Below, one piece after another: positions 27,481 to 38,019 of a DNA stretch of 64,000 bases. Under the pieces are notes generated by a model, which saw nothing but the letters and a program-made list of their open reading frames with translations, was not told the origin of the DNA and ran no database searches. Location: positions 106,392,001-106,456,000 of the forward strand of contig NC_043001.1 of the NCBI RefSeq assembly GCF_006345805.1, in the 5' to 3' direction. This DNA comes from Octopus sinensis (Eukaryota). A program made the translations under genes and the position numbers. The first letter of the stretch is position 1; each line of letters opens with the position of its first letter.

Positions 27481-28482
27481 CTTTTGCCATATCCCTTTCT
27501 TTATATGGGAAATAAAAGATATTTATATTCTTTATCTAGACATGTTGTCATTTTATCTCCCTAGGTTCAACAAAAGATATAGCACCAATGCATTATACGG
27601 TTTGTCACCATGTTTGACTTGGCCTTAAATGAAGAAACAATGGATAAATACCTTGTTTGGGAGGTGCCACTGAATTCGTTTCAATGTTAAAAGAAGGCGT
27701 GCAATCGTATACCACCACGGAGTGGCAAGCAAAATGGCGTGCAATTCGAACTGCGCTCAGTTTAAATCGACTCTTTTTTTCGTTTGCGTTCCATAAAATA
27801 AGGACGTGCAATGTATTAAAACAATTCAATCGACGCGAGTAGATGTTAGGAATATTTAATAATTTAATAGAGGCGACAGCGTTTAGTTTCATCATTCTAC
27901 GTTTTCAATTCAAACCTTTTGTAATTATAATGCCTTCGGCCTTTCTGGAATTGCTGTTACAATTCAGTTACAAGATCTAATATAGAGTGTTATAATCGCC
28001 ATTATGCAGTTTTCACTTGTGCATATTAAAACTAAACCAATATTAGTGACAGAAAGAGGGAGGGGAGAAGAGAGTGGTGGGCGGGGGAGGGGGGAAAAGG
28101 AGAGAGAGGGGGAGAAAGAGATATATTTGAGTATAAAATTTAACGTTTGTACATGGTACACAAGAGACTTTCGCGAGCGCTGAAGTTCAGAACTGAAAAT
28201 TAAATCTTTTAATGTATTTTCGTAATGCGAGAGTCGTTTCGAAAGTGGATTTTGCTTGGTGTCACGTATTAAGATGTCCGAATTTCATCGCTGAACAACG
28301 CCCAAATTCGTTTTCCGATTGCCACAAACTCGAAGCTAATGAGATTTTGTGGTACTTTAAGAAATGAAATAAAATTCTGAAGAAAAATCTTTCTATTTAG
28401 GTGAGATGACACATTAATACTTCTATTTTACTCGAAGATGGTAGCCAAAATTACTCGTTATGAAATGCAAATGATACAAGGA

Positions 28483-28528
<46 letters not shown>

Positions 28529-28550
28529 ATATACATGTGTGTGTGTGTGT

Positions 28551-28708
28551 ATGAGTGGCTGTGTGGTAAGTAGCTTGCTTCCCAACTACATGGTTCCGGG
28601 TTCATTCCCACTGCGTGGCACCTTTGGCAAGTGTCTTCTACTACTGCCTCAGGCCGACCAAAGCCTTGTGAGTAGATTTGGTAGACGGAAACTGAAGGAA
28701 GCCCGTCG

Positions 28709-28740
<32 letters not shown>

Positions 28741-29002
28741 CAACTTATAAATAAGGGCAAACGAAAACATTTCTAATGCCAAATATGCCGAAAATTGGAC
28801 ATATTGTCCATTTACCATATACTCTTTTTATATGGTAAATGGACAATATGTCCAATTTTCGGCATATTAGAAATTTTTTCGTTTGCCCTTATGTATAAGT
28901 TGTTTATAATTTAACCATTAAGGTATTTTTTAATATGCTGGCCATTGATAGAATGTTTTTCGAAAAAATTTTATCTTCATTAGATATATATATACATATG
29001 TG

Positions 29003-29051
<49 letters not shown>

Positions 29052-29297
29052 GATATAGATATATAGATATATATGTATGTATGTATGTATATGTTTGTGT
29101 GCCTGTGTTTGTCCCCCCAACGTCGCTTGATGACCGATGGGGGTGTGTTTACGCCCCCGTAACTTAGCGGTTCGGCAAAAGGGACAGATAGAATAAGTAC
29201 TTGGCTTACAAAAAATAAGTCCTGGGGTCGATTTGCTCGACTAAAGGCGGTGCTTCAGCGTGGTGGCAGTCAAATGACTGAAACAAGTAAAAAAGTT
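28551..29297 (+). mobile_element. SINE family A interrupted in its central (TA)n by a hairpin element
   Basis: Head at 28551-28709 and tail at about 29085-29297, separated by TA arrays and a foreign 28737-28982 insert. Confidence 0.85.
28737..28908. repeat. Long hairpin (about 85-bp arms, 7-nt loop)
   Basis: 28737-28821 is the reverse complement of 28829-28908 with few mismatches and one small indel. Confidence 0.9.
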
Positions 29298-29320
29298 ATA
29301 TATATATATATACATATATA

Positions 29321-29354
<34 letters not shown>

Positions 29355-29936
29355 CACATATATATATACATATATATATATATATAAAGATAGATATAAT
29401 TATATATAGATATAGATATACATATACATATATATATATACATATACATATATATATACATATACATACATATATATATATATATATACATATATACATA
29501 TATATATACATATATATATACATATATATATATATACTTATATACATATATATATATATATATATACATATATGCATATATATATATATACATATATATA
29601 TACATATATATGCACATATGCATACATACATATATATAATAAAAATAAGCAACAAGAATAACTTCGGTAATTTGGTACGATCGTTTCGCACTACATCATT
29701 TTATTAAATGTAAGTATTACAACAGTTTTAAAATGCTGAGCACTGATCAGCCATTAATAGAGGTTTTCCGTTAATACATAACTTTTATATCGAGTGATAA
29801 CATTATAGAGAAGGTAGATATAGAGACAAAGATGTGGATTTAAATTTTAAGAACATTTAAAGTAGTGGAGTTTATCAACTGACTGAATAATATTCAGTTG
29901 CTATGAACTGCTAGAAGGTTCTGAGAAGAACCTATA

Positions 29937-29969
<33 letters not shown>

Positions 29970-30065
29970 CTATATATATATAATAATAATAAATATTAGG
30001 GAATAAATCCAAATTTACAGGGAAAAAATCAGATTTAGGATTAAATCGATTTTATAGTAAAATAT

Positions 30066-30394
30066 TATAAAATATTATTAGAGTCAAAACCACTATTTTG
30101 CAAAACAAACAAGGAAAGACTTAATCAATACATAAAATTTTAATAAATAGTCAAAAAAACCGCACTACAATCGTTTCTTGTCTTGATCGACAATCTTCAA
30201 GTGGATTTCCAATAATTCAGTGTCAATTATAATTTGACACTGAATTATTGGAAGTCCACCTGAAGATTGTCGATCAAGACAAGAAACGATTGTAGTGGCG
30301 GTTTTTTTGACTATTTATTAAAATTTTATGTATTGATTAAGTCTTTCCTCGTTTGTTTGCAAAATAGTGGTTTTGTCTCTAATAATATTTTATA
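30066..30394. repeat. Long palindrome (about 160-bp arms) between (TA)n arrays, PLE terminal-repeat-like
   Basis: Arms meet at gtgtcaa-ttataat-ttgacac (about 30230), with scattered mismatches. Confidence 0.9.
30256..30298 (+). ncRNA. Minimal type I hammerhead ribozyme motif (intact core)
   Basis: CCAC-CTGAAGA-TTGTC(gatcaa)GACAA-GAAAC(gatt)GTA-GTGG: stem I CCAC/GTGG, canonical CUGANGA and GAAA, GUA cleavage triplet, self-complementary stem III ACGATTGT. Confidence 0.75.
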
Positions 30395-30425
30395 TATATA
30401 TATATATATTTATATTATATTTATA

Positions 30426-30470
<45 letters not shown>

Positions 30471-30487
30471 ATATATTTATATGTATA

Positions 30488-30533
<46 letters not shown>

Positions 30534-30542
30534 ATATATATG

Positions 30543-30575
<33 letters not shown>

Positions 30576-30580
30576 ATATA

Positions 30581-30617
<37 letters not shown>

Positions 30618-30742
30618 TATGTTATATTATATATATGTATATATATATATATATTATGTATATATCATATATTTATATATATATGTATATATACATATAT
30701 TTATATATATAGTATATTATACATATTTATATATATATATGT

Positions 30743-30850
<108 letters not shown>

Positions 30851-31081
30851 TTCTGTTACGTTTTTGGTCCCCTAAAGAAAACGGATAGAACATGCTTTCT
30901 GTGTTATGTCCCAAGAAGATTTTATATATTTTTATATATTTTTATATATTTTTATGTATTTTTATATAATTTTTATGACGAAAAATGCGAGCGATGTATA
31001 AGTACGCAGGCAAAGCAGAGTATAACAGAGTAATTTCCCTTCATTTTTAACGGTATTTTTTCATAACGTTTTCAAATAGCC

Positions 31082-31144
31082 AGATAACCGAAGAGATGGT
31101 GTTGTGGATTTCCACTTCGGCATCTGAAACTCAGAGTTTTATCT
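31082..31144 (+). ncRNA. Hammerhead-like motif with U4C core variant
   Basis: AGATAA-CCGAAGA-GATG...CATC-T-GAAACTC(a)GAGT-T-TTATCT: 6-bp stem I, stem II with an inner hairpin, stem III ACTC/GAGT. One extra T precedes GAAA. Confidence 0.45.
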
Positions 31145-31185
31145 TGACTACCGAGTAATGTAAACATATTGTATAGATATATATA

Positions 31186-31233
<48 letters not shown>

Positions 31234-31330
31234 ATATAATTATATATATATATTTATATATATATATTTATATTATATATATTATATATATATATAATAT
31301 ATATATTTATATATATATATATATATATAT

Positions 31331-31695
31331 AAATCCTTAAATCCTTAAAAATGTTTTAGCCCGAAGGCCGCGGCCATGCTGGGGACCACCGCTGAATGAG
31401 CCACACTAGTTTGTGAATCCACCTCTGATACGTGGCACTTGATCAACAAGGGAGTTCGATGCTGCTGCCCGCATCCGCGTCTCCTGTCGTGAGGTAGGTT
31501 CATCTGGGACTTCCAACAAGAAGAGATCCAGTTTAGTTTTAAAGAAACCCACATCCACACCATGTAAGTCTCTCAGGCATTTAGGGAGGATGTTGAAAAG
31601 CTGTGGTCCTCTGAAACCCAAGCTGTTGCAGTATCTGGACCTGTATTTTGATGGTGATGTTGGAATCCTTGGCACCACGCAGCGGCGCCCCGTGC
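31331..31695 (-). mobile_element. CR1-like LINE family a, 5'-truncated 3' end
   Basis: ORF end TGRRCVVPRIPT...NSLGFRGPQLFNILPKCLRDLHGVDVGFFKTKLDLFLLEVPDEP...AAASNSLVDQV, a 3' UTR and an 8-bp tail repeat (TAAGGATT)2. Confidence 0.85.
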
Positions 31696-32032
31696 CATCC
31701 GCCCAAAACAAAAATCGCACTCTCATCTCATAACAACAATACGGCACAATTATTTCACCTCAATTGGCCCCGCTCTCTTTAACATTACACCAAAACACAT
31801 TAAAACAGAAACTGACCCTATAGGGTTCAAGAAGTCTTAGGACAGATTCCTTCAAGAAATCCCGGATAAACCCCCTACACCTGGATATGTCTCTGTAAAC
31901 AATAACTCTCTACTTGAGTGGGCCATAGTGCCCAAATTCTGACTTGAAAGACTTCACCAGGTGGTGCTATTAAGTTAGACATGGCCTGGGCCAATAATGG
32001 CCGAAACCTATCAACGTATCAAAGTATCAAAG
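31689..32032 (+). mobile_element. CR1-like LINE family b, 5'-truncated 3' end
   Basis: Near-identical inverted copy of 32265-32605, with tail (TATCAAAG)n running into (TA)n. Confidence 0.9.
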
Positions 32033-32264
32033 TATATATATATATATATATATATAGTATTATATATATATATATATAATATAATATATATATATATTTA
32101 TATATATATGTATATATATATATATATATATGCATATATATAATATATATATGTATATATATATATATGTAGATATATATATATATATATATATATATAG
32201 ATATATATATAATATTATATATATATATATATAGATATATATATATATATAGTATATATATATA

Positions 32265-33241
32265 CTTGATACTTGATACTTTGATAGGTTTCGGCCATTA
32301 TTGGCCCAGGCCATGTCTAACTTAATAGCACCACCTGGTGAAGTCTTTCAAGTCAGAATTTGGGCACTATGGCCCACTCAAGTAGAGAGTTATTGTTTAC
32401 ACGAGACATATCCAGGTGTAGGGGGTTTATCCGGGATTTCTTGAAGGAATCTGTCCTAAGACTTCTTGAACCTATAGGGTCAGTTCTGTTTTAATGTGTT
32501 TTGGTGTAATGTTAAAGAGAGCGGGGCCAATTGAGGTGAAATAATTGTGCCGTATTGTTGTTATGAGATGAGAGTGCGATTTTTGTTTTGGGCGGATGGC
32601 ACGGGCCCAAGCCTTGGATGTACCTTAAAGGTGATGCCAACATCATTTGGGCAATGCTGATGGGATATTTTCCACATCATGCAGATGATGTAGCGCTCAC
32701 GACGACGTTGGAGAGAATAGAGTTTTAGCTTTTCTAGCCGACCCCAATAGTCGAGGCCTGTCATGCCATCTATCTTTTTTGTGATTGCTTTGAGGTGCTT
32801 CAACTTTTATGATACCTTGTATTGTGTGGGGAGACACAGTGGACAACAGTATTCAAGGTGGGGTCGGGCAAAAGTGGAGAAGAGAAGGATAATGGTGTGG
32901 ATATCTCTCGACTGGAAAGTTCTGAGAATCCAGGAAACATTCTGCGGGCCATGTCAATGTGTGTTTATATGAGTGGCCCAGCTTATTCCCAAGTCTCTGA
33001 TGTGTTGGACGCCGCGAGAGTTTCACCTGAAGGAAGGGAGTATGGGAGTTTCAGGGCATCCTCTTTTCCAAAGTGGATTAGCTCAAATTTATCCTCGTTC
33101 AGCAGCATATTGTTTTTTCTGCCCATTGGATAACAGCAGTAGATCTGACTGAAGGCATGTCCGGTCACTCGCTTCATTATGACCTTCTGTAGCTTGGAGT
33201 CATCTGCAAAGATTTTTATGTTGCTGTGCTTGATGATGTCA

Positions 33242-33244
<3 letters not shown>
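32265..33244 (-). mobile_element. CR1-like LINE family b, RT C-terminal half to 3' tail (frameshifted)
   Basis: [21 protein letters not shown] (RT FADD motif), LLNEDKFELIHFGK, LDYWGRLEKLKLYSLQRRRERYII, and an 8-bp tail repeat. Confidence 0.9.
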
Positions 33245-33340
<96 letters not shown>

Positions 33341-33341
33341 G

Positions 33342-33424
<83 letters not shown>

Positions 33425-33482
33425 ATAATTTATATATATATATATATATATTTATATATTTATATATATATATATATATTTT

Positions 33483-33517
<35 letters not shown>

Positions 33518-33585
33518 TATATATATTTACATATACATATATATATATATATCTATAATATAAATAAATATATATATATCTATAT

Positions 33586-33762
<177 letters not shown>

Positions 33763-33796
33763 TGTATAAGGGTGATGAAAAGGAACACACGAGTTG

Positions 33797-34185
33797 ATAT
33801 ATATGAAAAAACAAGTAAAAAATAGAAAATGCTAAAATAATTTATAGTGAACATTTCAGTACCGGTTTCGGTCATTTTGAGACTTTTCACTGTAACGATT
33901 AAATAATTAAAATTAGAAAAATTAGAAGAAAAGTTTTTTAAAAGAATATTTCTATAGTAGTGTTCAGATTTAGTGCATTCTGGGAGTCAGAGAAAGGCAG
34001 AATGCCACTTAAATCTGAACACTACTAAGAAATATTCTTTTAAAAAAACTTTTCTTCTAATTTTTCTAAATTAATTATTTAATCGTTACAGTTGAAAAGG
34101 CTCAAAATGACCGAAAACGGTACTGAAATGTTCACTATAAAATTATTTTAGCATTTTCTATTTTTTACTTGTTTTTCATATATAT
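33797..34185. repeat. Long palindrome (about 185-bp arms, 15-nt loop) between (TA)n arrays
   Basis: 33797-33982 is the reverse complement of 33998-34185 with scattered substitutions and 1-nt indels. Confidence 0.9.
34089..34125 (+). ncRNA. Hammerhead-like motif, U3-A8 core variant
   Basis: CAG-TTGAAAA-GG(c)TC(aaaat)GACC-GAAA-ACGG-TA-CTG. The mirror arm (33857-33892, minus) has GAAACCGGTA. The two-arm consensus gives a complete fold. Confidence 0.55.
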
Positions 34186-34197
34186 ATATATATAAAC

Positions 34198-34248
<51 letters not shown>

Positions 34249-34299
34249 ATATATGTATTATATATATGTATTTTTTGGTGAGGGTATCTTCCATCCTTT

Positions 34300-34470
34300 A
34301 TCTCTTATTTGTTTCATTCATTTGAATGCGGTCATGTTGGGGCTTCACCTAGTTGCTCTTTAAGCCCCGTACTTGTTCTATCGGTTTTTTTCAACCGAAC
34401 CGATAGAATAATGGAGACGCAAAAGCACCGCACTGATTATTGCGAGCACACACACACGCACACACACACA

Positions 34471-34538
<68 letters not shown>

Positions 34539-34682
34539 CTTCTTTCGGTTTTGTCTACCGGATCCACGCACAAGTTGTAGTCTGCGTGAGGTTACAGTAG
34601 AAGACAAGGCACCAGGCAATCTGACTGAACCCGGAACTATGTGATTGGGAAGCAAACTTCATACAACACAGCCACGCTTGCG
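34300..34682 (-). mobile_element. Diverged SINE family A
   Basis: Tail cattcatttgaatgcggtcatgttgggg and head gactgaacccggaact...cacagccac (reverse). Confidence 0.8.
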
Positions 34683-34690
34683 CTTATATA

Positions 34691-34744
<54 letters not shown>

Positions 34745-34748
<4 letters not shown>

Positions 34749-34865
34749 AGATGTACTCGCATAGCAAGTAATTTGATCTCAGATCGTGTGCTGAAACGAA
34801 AACAATTGCAGCGTATATTGTGTGTTTCTTAAATGGCTTACAAACCCCTTCCACGCTGCAATTTT
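34745..34865. mobile_element. TA-flanked MITE deletion derivative (same family as 40793-41045)
   Basis: ggagatgtactcgcatagcaagt... matches the reverse complement of the 40985-41042 terminus, and ttcttaaatggctt..ccttccacgctgcaatt is shared. Confidence 0.65.
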
Positions 34866-34880
34866 ATATATATATATATA

Positions 34881-35043
34881 TAAGGTCACCTCTCTTCCAC
34901 TGTGTTACCTTGATGTGAACTACGAATTCCCGGGTCAGGCATTTCCGTTGATGTTTCTTCAGGGTAGTTTCTGCCTGCATGTATTCCTTTACGCGTATAT
35001 GCAGTTTTCTTGTAGTGCTCTCGATAGAGGATGCGCCACATTT
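34881..35043 (-). mobile_element. 163-bp GIY-YIG fragment of a Penelope-like element
   Basis: Collinear diverged copy of 36279-36441, bounded by TA runs. Confidence 0.85.
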
Positions 35044-35059
35044 ATATATATATATATAC

Positions 35060-35469
35060 TCTTTACTCTTTTATTCTTTTACTTGTTTCATTCATTTGAC
35101 TGCGGCCATGCTGGAGCACCACCTTTAATCGAGCAACTCGACTCCGGAACTTATTCTTTTGTAAGCCCAGTACTTATTCTATCGGTCTCTTTTTGTCGAA
35201 CCACTAAGTAACGGGAACATAAACACACCAGCATCGGTTGTCAAGCAATGCTAGGGGACAAACACAGACACACAAACACACCACACGCATATTTATATAT
35301 ACATATATACGACGGGCTTCTTTCAGTTTCCGTCTACCAAATCCACTGACAAGGCTTTGGTCGACCCTAGGCTATAGTAGAAGACACTTGCTCAAGGTGC
35401 CACGCAGGGGGACTGAACCCGGAACCATCTGGTTGGTAGACAAGCTACTTACCACATAGCCACGCCTGG

Positions 35470-35470
<1 letters not shown>
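35060..35470 (-). mobile_element. SINE family A (full length)
   Basis: Complete reverse-complement match to family A. Confidence 0.9.
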
Positions 35471-35533
<63 letters not shown>

Positions 35534-35689
35534 ATATAATATATATATATATATAATATATATATATTATCTATATATATTAGAAAAAATGAGGTAATCA
35601 GATCGGATGGTTCATATTTATAGATGTTTATTTATATATTACATTTTTTACATATATATCTATCATATCATTCAGATCATATCATTCGG

Positions 35690-35732
35690 ATTATTAGCGC
35701 TTTCTCCCAATCCAGTGGGGTTTTCAAATCAA
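35690..35732 (-). ncRNA. Hammerhead-like motif, U3-A8 core variant
   Basis: Minus strand: TTGAT-TTGAAAA-CCCCA(ctggat)TGGGA-GAAA-GCGC-TA-ATAAT, with palindromic stem III AGCGCT. Stems I and II are partly mismatched. Confidence 0.5.
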
Positions 35733-35826
35733 ATCAATTCCTTTGTGGGGAATTTGAACATTTTATAGTTTCGTAGTAGTGGGGAGGAATATATATATAT
35801 TAATATATATATATATATATATATAT

Positions 35827-36545
35827 ACTAGAATAATTACTATGGATAGAAACAATATATTGTATAAAGGATCGTGGGTAAGTCCAAAACAATGCGAAGC
35901 AAATGCAAGGTAAATCCCAGAAAACAAATATGTGAATTAATGTAGACTTACCTTGTATACAATACTTCGGGGTTGTGACCCCATTTTCAAGAAATTGACG
36001 AATGTTGCTGGTGTACGTGTGTGTGAGCGTGTGTGAACTGGACATGCGCAGAAAGGTGTTGCTATAGCAACCAGCTAGTTTCTTGTTCAAAGCCTCCCTG
36101 GACCTCAAGTGGCCTGAACTCTTTACATGAACACCACCCTGTACTTAACTCCATGTCCCCCTACATGGCCTTGCTATTTGCTTTTGAGCCAAATTAACTA
36201 ACTAACTAACTAACTGTAACTCCCTTCTATTGTTGATCTTAGGTTTCTTTTGGTGCATGAATGTGGCCTCCGAGATTCTAAGGTCACCTCTCTTCCACTG
36301 TGTTACCTTGATGTGAACTACGAATTCCCCGTTCTGGCATTTCCGTTGATGTTTCTTCACGGAAGTTTCTGCCTGCATGTGTTCCTTCATGCGTACATGC
36401 AGTTTTCTTGTAGTGCTCTCGATATAGGATGCTCCACATTTACCACAGATCATGTCATATACCACATAGGTCATATTCTCTGCTTCTTTTTAAGATTCCA
36501 GCGCTGCTCCGATGGAAGCGTTTTGCTTTGTCGTTGTTATTTTTG
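35827..36545 (-). mobile_element. Penelope-like element 3' end (GIY-YIG domain, 3' UTR, hammerhead-like motif)
   Basis: ORF 36202-36474: YVVYDMICGKCGASYIESTTRKLHVRMKEH...LRISEATFMHQKKPKINNR (GIY-YIG signature). The element ends in (TA)n at about 35826. Confidence 0.85.
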
Positions 36546-36943
36546 ATTTTTGTTTTATTTGAATGCCTTGCGGTTATCAACTGTGCTCCCTCGGCGAGCT
36601 GTTAGTTCAAATCCCGCTTAAGTCAATTTCACGTTTCATACATTCAGGACTATATAAAATACGACGAAAGTACTCAGGTCGATTCTTTTCTAATTGTACC
36701 TCGGCTTCCCACACACACCTTTCTCCATCTCACTTTCTCTCTTCTGTGCCCCTCTCTCTCGCTCTCTCTCTCTTCTCTCTGTCCCCTCTCTCTCACTCTC
36801 TCTGAAAGAAGTCCACTATGATCAGACTATGGTCAAACCTCAAAATAAATGAGCTCCCAGGCTTTAAATTGCCATAGACACAATGACGATCTCCACAATA
36901 ACCCTATATCCCTATCAAAAGTTGAACAGTTGATAAGTGTGTA

Positions 36944-36986
<43 letters not shown>

Positions 36987-37432
36987 GCGTGCGTGCGTGT
37001 ATCGAGGAGTGAGTAAATATTTTTGTGTAAATCTTGTATCTGTGTAAGTCTTGTATACATCTATGTATAATTCGAGACACATTAATAAAGATAAGTTCAA
37101 CACATTAAATTTACGCATAACATCTTCTTTAACGTAGCTGGGTCTCAAGAGGTTGGTACAAACCTAGCAAAATGTGTTTCATAGTGAAAAGAAAATGTCC
37201 ATTCAAATGGCAATTATCGGACGATTTCTGTTCTAGTCTGTCCATTTTAAGTCGTAGTGGAAATGCGACCTATTGTCTCAAATAGGCATACGGATATTGC
37301 ATAAATTTTATGATTGACAAATATACTACATTTTGTACGTATGAGTATATCAACCTGTGGGCATAATAAAATGGGCTCCCGGACGCAATTGTGTCCGTGT
37401 GCGAGGGTTCCCCATCGCTGGTGTATATATAT

Positions 37433-37712
37433 ATAGAATAGTAGTATACTGTCAATCTAACACGAACGTGACAGTAGGGGGTACACCACCGCTGTTTAGC
37501 CCTAGGAAGCATCGACGCCTCCTGATGGCTTTGACACATTTTTCCTGTGTCCTTATATACATTTATGAAGGGAAGACAAACAATGTATATAAGGACACAG
37601 GAAAAATGTGTCAAAGCCATCAGGAGGCGTCGATGTTTCCTAGGGCTAAACAGCGGTGGTGTACCCCCTACTGTCACGTTCGTGTTAGATTGACAGTATA
37701 CTACCATTCTAT
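37433..37712. repeat. Near-perfect palindrome (131-bp arms, 18-bp spacer)
   Basis: 37433-37563 vs 37582-37712, two mismatches seen. This explains the mirrored ORFs on both strands. Confidence 0.95.
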
Positions 37713-37765
37713 CGCCCCACCACCGTACATGTCTCTACGAGAGATTTAGAAATTTAGTATTTCTG

Positions 37766-37799
<34 letters not shown>

Positions 37800-37816
37800 T
37801 TATATATATATATGTA

Positions 37817-37852
<36 letters not shown>

Positions 37853-37971
37853 TACGTATGTATGTATATGTGTATGTAAATGTATGTATATATATATATA
37901 TGTATGTATATACATAAATATGTAAATATATATATATATGTATGTATTATATGTATGTATTTATATATATA

Positions 37972-38019
<48 letters not shown>

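Noticed and set aside
37270-37749. Paired 145-aa and 130-aa ORFs on opposite strands
   Set aside because: They are a mirror-image consequence of the 131-bp palindrome.
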